DNA from: Candidatus Methylomirabilis oxygeniifera
GTDB taxonomy: Bacteria > Methylomirabilota > Methylomirabilia > Methylomirabilales > Methylomirabilaceae
DNA: 32,000 nucleotides
Assembly: GCA_000091165.1 (NCBI GenBank)
Contig: FP565575.1
Span: 720,001 to 752,000, forward strand
Reading direction: 5' to 3'
The notes below the pieces were generated by a model that saw only the letters and a list, made by a program, of their open reading frames with translations, did not search any database and was not told where the DNA came from. Position 1 is the stretch's first letter; each line of letters starts with the position of its first letter. Position numbers and translations under genes: made by a program. This document shows positions 1 through 8,181 of the stretch, one piece after another.

Positions 1-1888
1 AATCGAGACTGGAGATCGCGCGCTTGGCGTGGTTGAGATCGGGTTCTGTGAGGAGAGGATTTTCGCCGACCATGTACATGGCCCGGATCGATCCATCCAG
101 ACACCCGTCGATCATTTCAGTGAGGGCCATTCCTGTGCTGTCGGAAAGTCGAACGCCCCAGGCCGCGTGGAACTTTTCCAACACCTCAGGAGTATAGGTC
201 TGGTAACCGGGGAGGTGAGTAGGGAGGCAGCCGGCATCACAGCACCCCTGCACGTTGTTCTGGCCTCGGAGCGGCGAGATGCCGGAGCCGGCAAACCCCA
301 TCTGGCCCGCGACAAGAGACAGGTTGACGAGGGCATGAACATTCGCCGTACCGTTGGTATGCTGGGTTATCCCCATCCCCCACATGAGGCAGGAGCCGGC
401 GAAGGCGGGTTTCGCGTACCATCGCGCGGCCTGGGCGATCTGCTCCTGCGGGACACCGGTCATCTGCTCGGCGAACGACAGTGTGTACGGTTCCAGCGAT
501 GCGCGCCATGCCTCGAACTCTTCGGTCCGGTTCCGCACGAACTCGATGTTGGTTAGTCTTTCGTCGATGATCACGCGAGCCATGGCGTTGAAGAGGGTCA
601 CGTCTGTACCTGGTCGCTGCCGCAGCCAGAGGTCTGCCTGATCGCACAGCTCGATCCGCTTCGGGTTCACCACGATGAGCCGGGTGCCGCGGCTGACCGC
701 CTGACGAAGGCGGACGGCGATCACCGGATGGTTCGACGACGGATCCGATCCGACGACCATGAGACAGCCTGCCTCCTCGTAATCGTCGTAGGAGTTGGAG
801 GTAGCCCCGGAGCCCAGTGAGCGCAGCATTGCCACCACTGAGGGCGAATGGCAGAGGCGCGCACAGTGATCGACATTATTGGTGTCCGTCACCGCCCGGA
901 CGAATTTCTGGACGACGTAGCCTTCCTCGTTGGTTGCCTTCGCCGAGGCCAGCGTGCCGAAGCGACCTTGGTTTCGAGCGATCCCTTCAGCTGCAGCATC
1001 CAACGCCTTGTCCCATGAGACCTCCTGCCATTGCCCACCATTCCGAATCATGGGACGCGTAATCCGGTCGGGAGCATGAACGAACCCTGCGCCGAATCGC
1101 CCTTTCACACAGAGCATCCCACGACTCGATCTATTGTTAGGGACATCGTCGGTCATCAGCGCGAGGCGCCCATCGGGGCGAACGCGAAGACGGATGCCGC
1201 AGCCGACGCCGCAGTAGGGACAGGTCGTCTCGACCTCGCGCATGACGGCCGAGGGCGCTTCCTTTGGGCGGATGGCTCCCGTCGGACAGGCAGCGACGCA
1301 CTGTCCGCACGAGGTGCAGACGGAGGATGCGAGGGAGCCGTCGCTGAAGACGCCCACCTTGGTCGCGCTGCTCCGCCCCAACAGGGCGATAGCGCCGATC
1401 TGTTGGACGTCATCGCAGGCGACGGTACAGCGGCCGCAGAGGATGCAGGCGTCCCGATCGAGGATGAAGAACGACTTGCTCTCGTCTACAGGCGTATGCC
1501 GCGATAGCGTAGGCATATGGCGGCGCTGGAAGAACCCGAGTCTGGCGCAGGCGTCGGAGAGCTGACCGAACCCCGGCCGATCGAATGAAGGGATCGCCAT
1601 GCCGCACGTGAGGTCGAAGACCCCGTTTCGGATCCGTGTGAGATCGGGATCATTGGTTGAGACCGCCATCCCCTCGCGGGCGGGGAGATGACAGGAAGCC
1701 GGGAAGCCGCGTATCCCTTCGACCTTGACCAGGCAGGTCCGGCAGGCACCGAGCGCCGGCCGATCCGGGTCCTTGCAAAGCTGCGAGAGCGGGATACCAA
1801 GCCGGTTCACGGCGTCGAGGACCGTGGCGCCGGGCTGGACGGTTACGACGGATCCATCGATAGTGAGGCTGATGACCGCATCGCCCAT
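1..1888 (-). CDS. fdsA: Formate dehydrogenase catalytic (alpha) subunit, molybdopterin oxidoreductase family. Only the N-terminal ~629 codons are present; the C-terminus runs off the left edge.
   Basis: Absent from the ORF track because it has no stop inside the window. Hand translation of the minus strand from the ATG at 1888..1886 gives MGDAVISLTIDGSVVTVQPGATVLDAVNRLGIPLSQLCKDPDRPALGACRTCLVKVEG (2Fe-2S N-terminus). Further motifs: CILCGRCTVAC and CTSCGQCVAACP (4Fe-4S), TTCPYCGVGCG, and NNVDHCARLCHSPSV (FDH active-site motif, Cys codon at 851..853). The frame stays open to position 1. The start lies 2 nt after the stop of the upstream gene. Confidence 0.9.
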   Translation of the reverse strand, partial: MGDAVISLTIDGSVVTVQPGATVLDAVNRLGIPLSQLCKDPDRPALGACRTCLVKVEGIRGFPASCHLPAREGMAVSTNDPDLTRIRNGVFDLTCGMAIPSFDRPGFGQLSDACARLGFFQRRHMPTLSRHTPVDESKSFFILDRDACILCGRCTVACDDVQQIGAIALLGRSSATKVGVFSDGSLASSVCTSCGQCVAACPTGAIRPKEAPSAVMREVETTCPYCGVGCGIRLRVRPDGRLALMTDDVPNNRSSRGMLCVKGRFGAGFVHAPDRITRPMIRNGGQWQEVSWDKALDAAAEGIARNQGRFGTLASAKATNEEGYVVQKFVRAVTDTNNVDHCARLCHSPSVVAMLRSLGSGATSNSYDDYEEAGCLMVVGSDPSSNHPVIAVRLRQAVSRGTRLIVVNPKRIELCDQADLWLRQRPGTDVTLFNAMARVIIDERLTNIEFVRNRTEEFEAWRASLEPYTLSFAEQMTGVPQEQIAQAARWYAKPAFAGSCLMWGMGITQHTNGTANVHALVNLSLVAGQMGFAGSGISPLRGQNNVQGCCDAGCLPTHLPGYQTYTPEVLEKFHAAWGVRLSDSTGMALTEMIDGCLDGSIRAMYMVGENPLLTEPDLNHAKRAISSLD

Positions 1889-1890
1889 CT

Positions 1891-4029
1891 TTATCCCTTT
1901 CCGGAGATTTTAGGTGGGTTGGAGGCTATGTCTTCGGGAAACTGATCAAGCGCCGAGAGAAGTGACAGGGGCGCCGATTGACCGAGACCGCAGAGCGACG
2001 CCAGCCGTATGACCTCAGCCAGTTCCTCAAGCGCCTGCCTGCGACCCGAGTGTTGAGACTGTTGAAGAATCGCGAGCAGGCGGCCTGTTCCCTCCCGGCA
2101 TGGCGTGCATTTGCCGCATGACTCCTGCGCATTGAAGGTGAGGAGCGTTCGGGTGACGTCGTCAATGGAGACGCTGTCGCCCAAAGCGACGACACCGCCG
2201 CTGCCTGGCGAAATGGTTCCGCCAGGGATCAGCGGCTCATCAAACCGACTCGAACGGACGATGACGCCGGACGGTCCGCCGACCAGCGCCGCCTTCAGCG
2301 TCTGTCCATCTTTACCTCCGCCACCGATCTCTCCGATCAGGTGACGGAGGGTGATACGCATCGGCACCTCCACGATCCCCGGTCGAGCGAGGTGGCCGGA
2401 AAGGCCGAACAACTTGGTCCCACGTCCTCCCCCGAGAGCCGTAAACCACGCTGCCCCTCGACTGACGATCAGCGGCACAGCCGTAAGGGTTTCGACGTTA
2501 TGAATCACCGTCGGCTTACCCCATAGCCCTGCCTCCACCGGGAATGGAGGTTTGGGGCGAGGCATAGCACGCTTTCCTTCGATCGCTTCCATAAGCGCCG
2601 TCTCTTCGCCGAGGATAAAGCCGCCCGATCCCCGTCGAAGCTCAAGCTGAAAGGAGAAATCGCTTTCCAGAATTCGCTCGCCGAGCAAGCCGACGGCCTC
2701 AGCCGATCGAAGGGCATTCTCCATTCGGCGCGCCGACAGCTCCGCCTCGCCGTTGATGAAGAGAATACCGCGGCTGGCTCCGCAGGCGAAAGCCGTTAAT
2801 AGGATCCCCTCCAGCAGGCGATGGGGGTCTCCCTCCATTAGATGGCGGTCCTTGAAGATACCGGGCTCACCCTCCTCACCGTTGATCACGAGATACTTGG
2901 GGGACCCTGTTGCGTTGCGGCAGGCCTCCCATTTGTGCGCGGCTCCGAAGTACGCCCCGCCCCGCCCGGTAAGTCCGGACGCTTTGACCTCGTTAATGAC
3001 CGCCAGTGGATCGCCCTGCTCCAGGACGCGACCGAATGTCGCGTAGCTTCCCTGACGCAGGGCGTCGGCCAGGTCGTTGACGTCAACCATACCGCAGCGC
3101 TCAAGGACTGCTCGATGCTGGCCGCGCAGGAACGGTTCCTGGTCGAGGCCGGAGATATCTCTCCAGGACGACTCCTGCCAGGCTACCGCCTCAATTCCAG
3201 CGGGCCGGCGGTCAGCTTTCAGCGCGGAGACCAACAAAGGGATATGCTCGAGCGTGACCCTCTTGAGGCTGATTCTTGGCCAGTCGGGTCGGTAGAGTTC
3301 CACAATGGGAGCGGCGTAGCACATGCCGTTGCAGCCCCCCTCCACGACGGTCGCGGACAGCCCTTGACGCTTCACTTCCTCCGTCAAGCGATCCATAAGG
3401 AGGTCCGCGCCGACCGATTCGCTACAACTGCCTGCGCCGACGACAAGCCTAAGTTCTGAGGGCAGGTGGGTGAGGGATTGTTCCATAAGCCGCCCGAGGA
3501 CAGCCTTAGGAGTGTCGCCATCTGACGTCAACAGGGATGGGGCAGAGACGAGAGATTTTCGAGGAGATGGAGGATTAAAGATGCTGTCGAGCCGGTCCGT
3601 ATCGAGCCGTCCATAGCAGCGATGATCCACCTCGACGACAGGGGCCATCGCACATCTGAAGAGGCAGTCAGCCTCTTCGAGGGTGACGCTGTGATCCTGC
3701 GACGTCTCGCCGACCGTGAGCCCAAGGCGGTTCTGGAGAGCGTGGAGCAGTGTCAGACCACCCTGGATGCGACAGCTGACACCCGTGCATACCCGAACCA
3801 GGCGAGATCCCGGCTTGGTAAGCCGAAACTCCGGGTAGTGGCCGGCAACACCGTACACCTCGCTCTGGGGAACCCGAAGGTGTAGAGCGACAGTGGCGAG
3901 ACTCTCCGGACTCAGCCAACCCTCGGCCCGTTGTGCCGTTTGTAATGCCGGCAGCAGCCAGGTCCGCTCCCTAGGGAACTGCGCAATCAGCGTGCGAAGA
4001 GTATGTTCCTCTGGCGGAGTCACAAGCAC
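1891..4029 (-). CDS. fdsB: NAD-dependent formate dehydrogenase diaphorase subunit: a fusion of a NuoE-like 2Fe-2S domain, an extra thioredoxin-like 2Fe-2S domain and a NuoF-like FMN/NADH/4Fe-4S module.
   Basis: 712-aa ORF. N-terminus has CTGVSC...CLFRC (NuoE-type). The middle has GSCSES...GGCNGMC (thioredoxin-like ferredoxin). The C-terminal part has GLTGRGGAYFGAAHKWE, YLVINGEEGEPGIFKDR and ESCGKCTPCREG (NuoF signatures). GTG start at 4029; an alternative GTG at 4023 has better spacing to AGAGGAG. Tightly coupled to fdsA downstream. Confidence 0.88.
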   Translation of the reverse strand: MLVTPPEEHTLRTLIAQFPRERTWLLPALQTAQRAEGWLSPESLATVALHLRVPQSEVYGVAGHYPEFRLTKPGSRLVRVCTGVSCRIQGGLTLLHALQNRLGLTVGETSQDHSVTLEEADCLFRCAMAPVVEVDHRCYGRLDTDRLDSIFNPPSPRKSLVSAPSLLTSDGDTPKAVLGRLMEQSLTHLPSELRLVVGAGSCSESVGADLLMDRLTEEVKRQGLSATVVEGGCNGMCYAAPIVELYRPDWPRISLKRVTLEHIPLLVSALKADRRPAGIEAVAWQESSWRDISGLDQEPFLRGQHRAVLERCGMVDVNDLADALRQGSYATFGRVLEQGDPLAVINEVKASGLTGRGGAYFGAAHKWEACRNATGSPKYLVINGEEGEPGIFKDRHLMEGDPHRLLEGILLTAFACGASRGILFINGEAELSARRMENALRSAEAVGLLGERILESDFSFQLELRRGSGGFILGEETALMEAIEGKRAMPRPKPPFPVEAGLWGKPTVIHNVETLTAVPLIVSRGAAWFTALGGGRGTKLFGLSGHLARPGIVEVPMRITLRHLIGEIGGGGKDGQTLKAALVGGPSGVIVRSSRFDEPLIPGGTISPGSGGVVALGDSVSIDDVTRTLLTFNAQESCGKCTPCREGTGRLLAILQQSQHSGRRQALEELAEVIRLASLCGLGQSAPLSLLSALDQFPEDIASNPPKISGKG

Positions 4030-4080
4030 TCCTCTACAGACTTAGCCAGTGTAGTGCCCATAAGCCTCTTTACTTTGATT

Positions 4081-4169
4081 GTCATTCCGGGCGTGACCCG
4101 GAATCCAGTTCCCCGATCGGAGTCCGGGGTAGGCTTTCTGTACCGGATTCCCGCTTGTGCGGGAATGAC
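4081..4169. repeat. Small palindromic MITE/REP-like element with GTCATTCC...GGAATGAC termini
   Basis: Starts GTCATTCC and ends GGGAATGAC (inverted). Internal perfect hairpins: ATTCCGGG-CGTGA-CCCGGAAT and ATTCCCGC-TTGT-GCGGGAAT. A related copy lies at 29430..29514. It explains the spurious ORF 4003..4212 (...RIPACAGMT...). Confidence 0.55.
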
Positions 4170-4397
4170 GACTTCAGGTGATGGGATTTGCCGTACCTGG
4201 ACAGTCGCATGAAGACCGCCTCCATGTCAAGGGTCAGGTGGTACAGCGTAAGGAGGCGAAGTGTGTCGGATAGCTTTTTTTGTTGCAGTTTGGTTCTGAA
4301 GGTGTTAGATGAACTACAGAGATGTAGCGGTGGGTAGCCGTACGGCCCGTGTCGGCGAAAGTGTGATGCTCATTGTCTCATTCTGAGGAGAGTTGCA

Positions 4398-4631
4398 GTG
4401 GCGGTGTCGGCGTTTGTCTTTCTTGAGTGTGCTGCAGGTCGATCCAAAGACGTGGCTACGCAGGTATCCGGGATTCCCGGAGTGAAGCTCTCTCACGCTG
4501 TGACCGGTCCACACGATGTCATTGCCTTTGTGGAGGGTCCGGATATCAACGCATTGGGGATCACGATTATCTCAAAGATCCAGGCGGTATCCGGGGTGCT
4601 TCGCACGACGACGAACGTTGTGGTGGAGTAG
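4398..4631 (+). CDS. Stand-alone Lrp/AsnC ligand-binding (RAM) domain protein, 77 aa
   Basis: GTG start preceded by GAGGAG. The sequence VFLECAAGRSKDVATQVSGIPGVKLSHAVTGPHDVIAFVEGPDINALGITIISKIQAVSGVLRTTTNVVV fits the beta-alpha-beta-beta-alpha-beta RAM pattern of AsnC-type small proteins. No HTH domain is present. Confidence 0.7.
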   Translation: MAVSAFVFLECAAGRSKDVATQVSGIPGVKLSHAVTGPHDVIAFVEGPDINALGITIISKIQAVSGVLRTTTNVVVE

Positions 4632-4746
4632 CGTTTTCCTCCGGTTACTTGCGATTTTCTTCGGCCTGAGTGATCCACGTAAGTGGCGATCGGCCTTTGC
4701 TCGGAAGTTCAGTAAGAGTATGAGCGACCGGACTGGTAGAAAATAC

Positions 4747-4776
4747 TTGACAAGGCCAGTGTTTGCCATCTAGAGT
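4747..4776 (+). promoter_or_regulatory. Candidate sigma-70 promoter (TTGACA, 18-nt spacer, TAGAGT) upstream of the excisionase-type HTH gene
   Basis: Consensus -35 TTGACA at 4747..4752, 18-nt spacer, TAGAGT at 4771..4776. Motif match only. Confidence 0.3.
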
Positions 4777-4890
4777 TAGCGTTGTGACATTGGTGAAAGA
4801 TCGAGGCGGACCAACTAACCAGCAATTGCCAGTGACGGCGCCGGCGGGCAATGGAGCCTGCGGAGTCGGGCGATAGAGGGGAGGCGGCGA

Positions 4891-5106
4891 ATGCAGAAGC
4901 AGGAGCGACGGCCAACAATCATGACCCTGGAGGAGGTTGCTCGCTTCCTCCGACTGAACAAATCGACGATCTACCGGATGGCGCGGGAAGGTACGCTCCC
5001 GGCTTGGAAGCTGGGGAACGTCTGGCGATTTAAGAAAGAGGCCATCGAAGATTGGATCGTCGGCAGCCAGCGGGCCCACGAGCAAAAGCACAAAACAAAA
5101 TCCTAG
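4891..5106 (+). CDS. Small excisionase-family (MerR-superfamily) helix-turn-helix DNA-binding protein
   Basis: 71 aa. MTLEEVARFLRLNKSTIYRMAREGTLPAWKLGNVWRFKKEAIEDWI matches the excisionase/XisF-type HTH_17 pattern (L..ee.A.yL..s..T.yr....G.iPa.k.G..wrf....l..Wl). GGGGAGG RBS 6 nt upstream of the ATG. An alternative internal start lies at 4921. Confidence 0.75.
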   Translation: MQKQERRPTIMTLEEVARFLRLNKSTIYRMAREGTLPAWKLGNVWRFKKEAIEDWIVGSQRAHEQKHKTKS

Positions 5107-5462
5107 GTTGCCGCATGAGACGGTAACGACTTGCACGTTCCGGTCTACATTGCAGGCAGGTAGACACAGACGGATCTCTGCTGGCCCCGATCCAGGAACC
5201 GGGCCGTGCTCTACCGCTCAGCCCTTATCCCCCCGTCACCACGTGCCTTTCGGTCGCCTATCGCTTCGACCAGTCATGCCTACGGCGTTGCCACACAGCG
5301 CGTACAGGCGCTGAGCCTCCGGATCGTATGGACCGGCCGAGATGCCGGCGTCGATACGCACCCCTCGGCGGCTGTGGCAGGCTGTATGGACGGGTCAAGA
5401 GGCGGGATCGTTTGGCGTCACGCCAGAATCAATCAGGATGGCTTTAGCATAGAGGTTGTCGT

Positions 5463-6680
5463 ATGCGGGGGGAGTCTGAAAAGCCGGCCAAACCGGGCAT
5501 GTCGGAGGTGAAAAGGCTCAGGCAGCGTTGTGAGGAACTTAGTACCTCTATCGAGTCGATGCGGGCCTATTATGAAGATCTGTTGGGAAGCTTGCAGGAT
5601 GGTATCATTATCGTCGAGTCGGATGGTCATATCCGTTCGATCAATCAAGCAGCGGAGGAGCTGACGGGACTATCGGCCCAGATGGTTCACGGCCGACTCT
5701 TCGAACAGATATTTCCGAATGATCGGCCGTTGCAGGAGCTTGTGCGAAAGACCATGGAGAGCGGCCGGACCCATACCGATTTTGACGGCAGGCTGACCAG
5801 GCAGGATAGCTCGCAGGTGGTGATCAGCGCCGTGGCCTCCCTCATCAGTGATGGGACGGGGCAGGCACGCGGCACTGTTCTGGCGCTTCGGGATCAGACC
5901 GGGATCAGGGAGCTGGAGGAGCGCCTACAGCGATCGGATCGCCTGGCGGCGCTTGGGACGGTGGCCGCAGGGGTGGCTCATGAGATCCGAAACCCGCTGG
6001 CCGGCCTCAGGGGAGCGGCGCAGTTACTCGAGGGTGAGCCTGACTTTCCTCCCGCTCTGAGAGAATATACCTCGGTCATCGTGAAAGAGGTTGATCGGCT
6101 CGGCGCGATTGTTGAGCGGCTCCTGTCGTTTGCCACGCCTCGTGGCCCGGTCCTTCGTTCATGTAACCTGCACGAAATCCTCGATGGCCTCTTCTTTTTG
6201 GAGCGGGCGCCGCTGGGTGCTGCCAAGGTGACGATTCAGCGTCAGTACGACCCGCAACTCCCCGAGATCCTCGCGGATCCCTCTGAAATCCAACAGCTCT
6301 TTCTGAACCTGATCCATAATGGGGTAGAGGCGATGCCCGACGGAGGGGACCTTACCGTTCGGACGCGGTATGAGCGATCCGTCAAGCGTTGTGGAGGCCG
6401 ATCAGTGGCCGTAGTCGAGATTATCGATCGGGGAAGCGGGTTCGATCCTGAGGTTGAGCGCCGTCTGTTTACCCCTTTTTTTACCACAAAAGAACGGGGC
6501 ACCGGGTTAGGGCTGGCCATCTGCCTCCGGATCGTAGAGGACCATGGTGGAGCTATGGAAGCGACAAGCTCACCGGGCAGGGGCAGCAGATTTTGCGTAT
6601 GGCTTCCCCTCGCAAAGCAACCCGAGGTTGTCTCACCTCACAATGAATCGAATCGGACGATGCAAGACATGAGATCATGA
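5463..6680 (+). CDS. Soluble PAS-domain sensor histidine kinase (NtrB-like architecture)
   Basis: 405 aa with no obvious transmembrane segment. PAS-like region (LQDGIIIVESDGHIRSINQAAEELTG), H-box AAGVAHEIRNPL, N-box LNLIHNGVEAM, G-boxes DRGSGF and GTGLGLAIC. AGAGG RBS upstream. The stop overlaps the start of the response regulator (ATGA). Confidence 0.9.
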   Translation: MRGESEKPAKPGMSEVKRLRQRCEELSTSIESMRAYYEDLLGSLQDGIIIVESDGHIRSINQAAEELTGLSAQMVHGRLFEQIFPNDRPLQELVRKTMESGRTHTDFDGRLTRQDSSQVVISAVASLISDGTGQARGTVLALRDQTGIRELEERLQRSDRLAALGTVAAGVAHEIRNPLAGLRGAAQLLEGEPDFPPALREYTSVIVKEVDRLGAIVERLLSFATPRGPVLRSCNLHEILDGLFFLERAPLGAAKVTIQRQYDPQLPEILADPSEIQQLFLNLIHNGVEAMPDGGDLTVRTRYERSVKRCGGRSVAVVEIIDRGSGFDPEVERRLFTPFFTTKERGTGLGLAICLRIVEDHGGAMEATSSPGRGSRFCVWLPLAKQPEVVSPHNESNRTMQDMRS

Positions 6681-8140
6681 TCGGCACGCGACACATCCTC
6701 GTCGTTGACGACGAAGAAAGTATCCGGTGGGCCCTGCGTAAGGCGCTTGAGCGTGAAGGATATCAGGTGGTACTTGCCGCGGATGGGGTCGAAGGACTGG
6801 CGCGGGCTACAGACCCGAGCATCGATCTCGTCCTCATGGATATCAAGATGCCCGGTGCGGAGGGGCTGGAGACCCTCAGTAGGATCAAAGAGACTCGTCC
6901 GGAGCTTCCTGTCATTATTATGACCGCATTCGGCACACTTCAGGCTGCGGTCCAGGCAATGAAACGCGGGGCCTACGACTACATTACCAAGCCGTTTGAT
7001 TTCGGCGAGCTCACCATACTGGTGCAACGGGTCTTTGAGATTCGTGAGCTGACCGAGCGGGTGGCGCAGATGGAGGCCCTTGGCGGTCGGCCCTTTGACT
7101 TCGGAGGAGTGGTCGGTCTCTGCCCGGCCATGCAGCAGATCTTCAAATTGGTGGGAAAGATGGCCGCCAGCGACCTCACGGTCCTCGTCCGAGGGGAAAG
7201 CGGTACCGGCAAGGAACTGCTGGCGAAAGCGGTTCACTACAACAGCCGACGGTCCGCGCGCCCGTTCGTAGCCGTCAACTGCGCGGCGATCCCCCGCGAA
7301 CTCCTGGAGAGCGAGCTGTTCGGCCATGAGCGGGGTGCGTTCACGGGAGCCAGCGCCCTTCGACGCGGTAAGTTTGAGCTTGCCGAGGGTGGGACGATCT
7401 TTCTCGATGAGATCGGAGATATGGATATCGGGTTGCAGGCGAAGATCCTGCGTGTACTCCAGGAACGGCAGTTTGAGCGGGTGGGGGGCGAACGGTCGCT
7501 CTCGGCGGACGTGAGGGTCATCGCCGCCACCAATCAAAATCTCGAAACCGCTGTCGCGCAGAAGGGCTTCCGCGAAGATCTCTACTACCGCCTGAACGTC
7601 GTGGCCATTAATCTTCCGCCTCTCCGAGAGCGGGTCGAAGACATTCCGCTGCTTGTGAACCATTTCCTCCATCGGTTCGCAGAAGAGCAGAAGCAGGAGC
7701 CGAAAACCCTGCCGCCAGACACGCTTGAGCTGATGCTCGCATACCGCTGGCCTGGAAATATCCGTGAGCTGGAGAACGCGGTGAAAAGGGCCTGCGTGCT
7801 TGCGCCGACCTCTCTCATTCTGCCTGAGCATTTGCCTACCGCTCTCCGGCAGGTCGACGAAGTCGACGGTTCCGGCGGTAGGTCGTCCTTCGAGCGGTTG
7901 CTGTCTCAGGGGATTACGGGCGAGCTGTCCCGGCTGAAACAGGAACGGGACGGGCAGCTCTATGCGTACTTCCTTGCTGCGCTGGAGCGACCTCTCCTGT
8001 TGCGCGTCCTGGAAAGGACCGGTGGGAACCAGCTTCGAGCGGCTGAGTTACTCGGGATCAATCGCAACACGCTCCGAAAGAAGCTCCGTGAGCTTGGGAT
8101 TGCGCCTGTTCGCAGCGGCGAAGGGAAGGCGGAAGGTTGA
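6677..8140 (+). CDS. Sigma-54-dependent response regulator, NtrC family (REC + AAA+ + Fis-type HTH)
   Basis: 487 aa. REC domain (ILVVDDEESIR...DLVLMDIKMPG...KP), Walker A GESGTGKE, sigma-54 contact loop GAFTGA, RELEN, and C-terminal HTH GGNQLRAAELLGINRNTLRKKLRELGI. Confidence 0.92.
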   Translation: MIGTRHILVVDDEESIRWALRKALEREGYQVVLAADGVEGLARATDPSIDLVLMDIKMPGAEGLETLSRIKETRPELPVIIMTAFGTLQAAVQAMKRGAYDYITKPFDFGELTILVQRVFEIRELTERVAQMEALGGRPFDFGGVVGLCPAMQQIFKLVGKMAASDLTVLVRGESGTGKELLAKAVHYNSRRSARPFVAVNCAAIPRELLESELFGHERGAFTGASALRRGKFELAEGGTIFLDEIGDMDIGLQAKILRVLQERQFERVGGERSLSADVRVIAATNQNLETAVAQKGFREDLYYRLNVVAINLPPLRERVEDIPLLVNHFLHRFAEEQKQEPKTLPPDTLELMLAYRWPGNIRELENAVKRACVLAPTSLILPEHLPTALRQVDEVDGSGGRSSFERLLSQGITGELSRLKQERDGQLYAYFLAALERPLLLRVLERTGGNQLRAAELLGINRNTLRKKLRELGIAPVRSGEGKAEG

Positions 8141-8181
8141 AGCTCTTGTGCGGGTCGTGACGCTCCGACGCGGATGATGAC

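Noticed and set aside
851-853. Checked for an in-frame TGA (selenocysteine) plus SECIS in the formate dehydrogenase alpha subunit.
   Set aside because: The active-site position is a normal TGC Cys codon, and the frame has no internal TGA in the part present in the window.
4003-4212. ORF-track ORFs 4003..4212 (+) and 29366..29620 (+), containing ...IPACAGMT... and ...IPASAGMT...
   Set aside because: They are translations through the palindromic GTCATTCC repeat elements. They have no RBS and no coding-like context.
4891-5106. Excisionase-family gene as a marker of a prophage or integrative element.
   Set aside because: No integrase, att repeats, phage or conjugation genes occur anywhere in the window. 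The neighbours are housekeeping regulators.
5181-5235. tRNA-like stretch on the minus strand (GGGCTGAGCGGTAGAGCACGGCCC...), next to the excisionase-type gene. It could have marked a tRNA gene or an att site.
   Set aside because: Only the D-arm-like 17-mer is convincing. No anticodon stem can be paired (CGGCC versus TGGAT), there is no T-arm GTTCRANYC, and no 3' acceptor complement or CCA context. No integrase is nearby. At best it is a decayed fragment or coincidence.
6638-7831. Long ORFs antisense to real genes. Examples: 6638..7831 (-), 8058..8852 (-), 10716..11477 (+), 14132..14785 (+), 16179..16973 (+), 18759..19385 (+), 19515..20147 (+), 20470..21090 (-), 24801..25586 (+), 25956..26912 (+), 27104..27790 (+), 30506..31336 (-) and 29..556 (+).
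   Set aside because: Each lies fully opposite a gene with unambiguous family motifs. Their composition is the typical Arg/Gly/Pro-rich shadow of a high-GC coding strand. None shows a recognisable domain.
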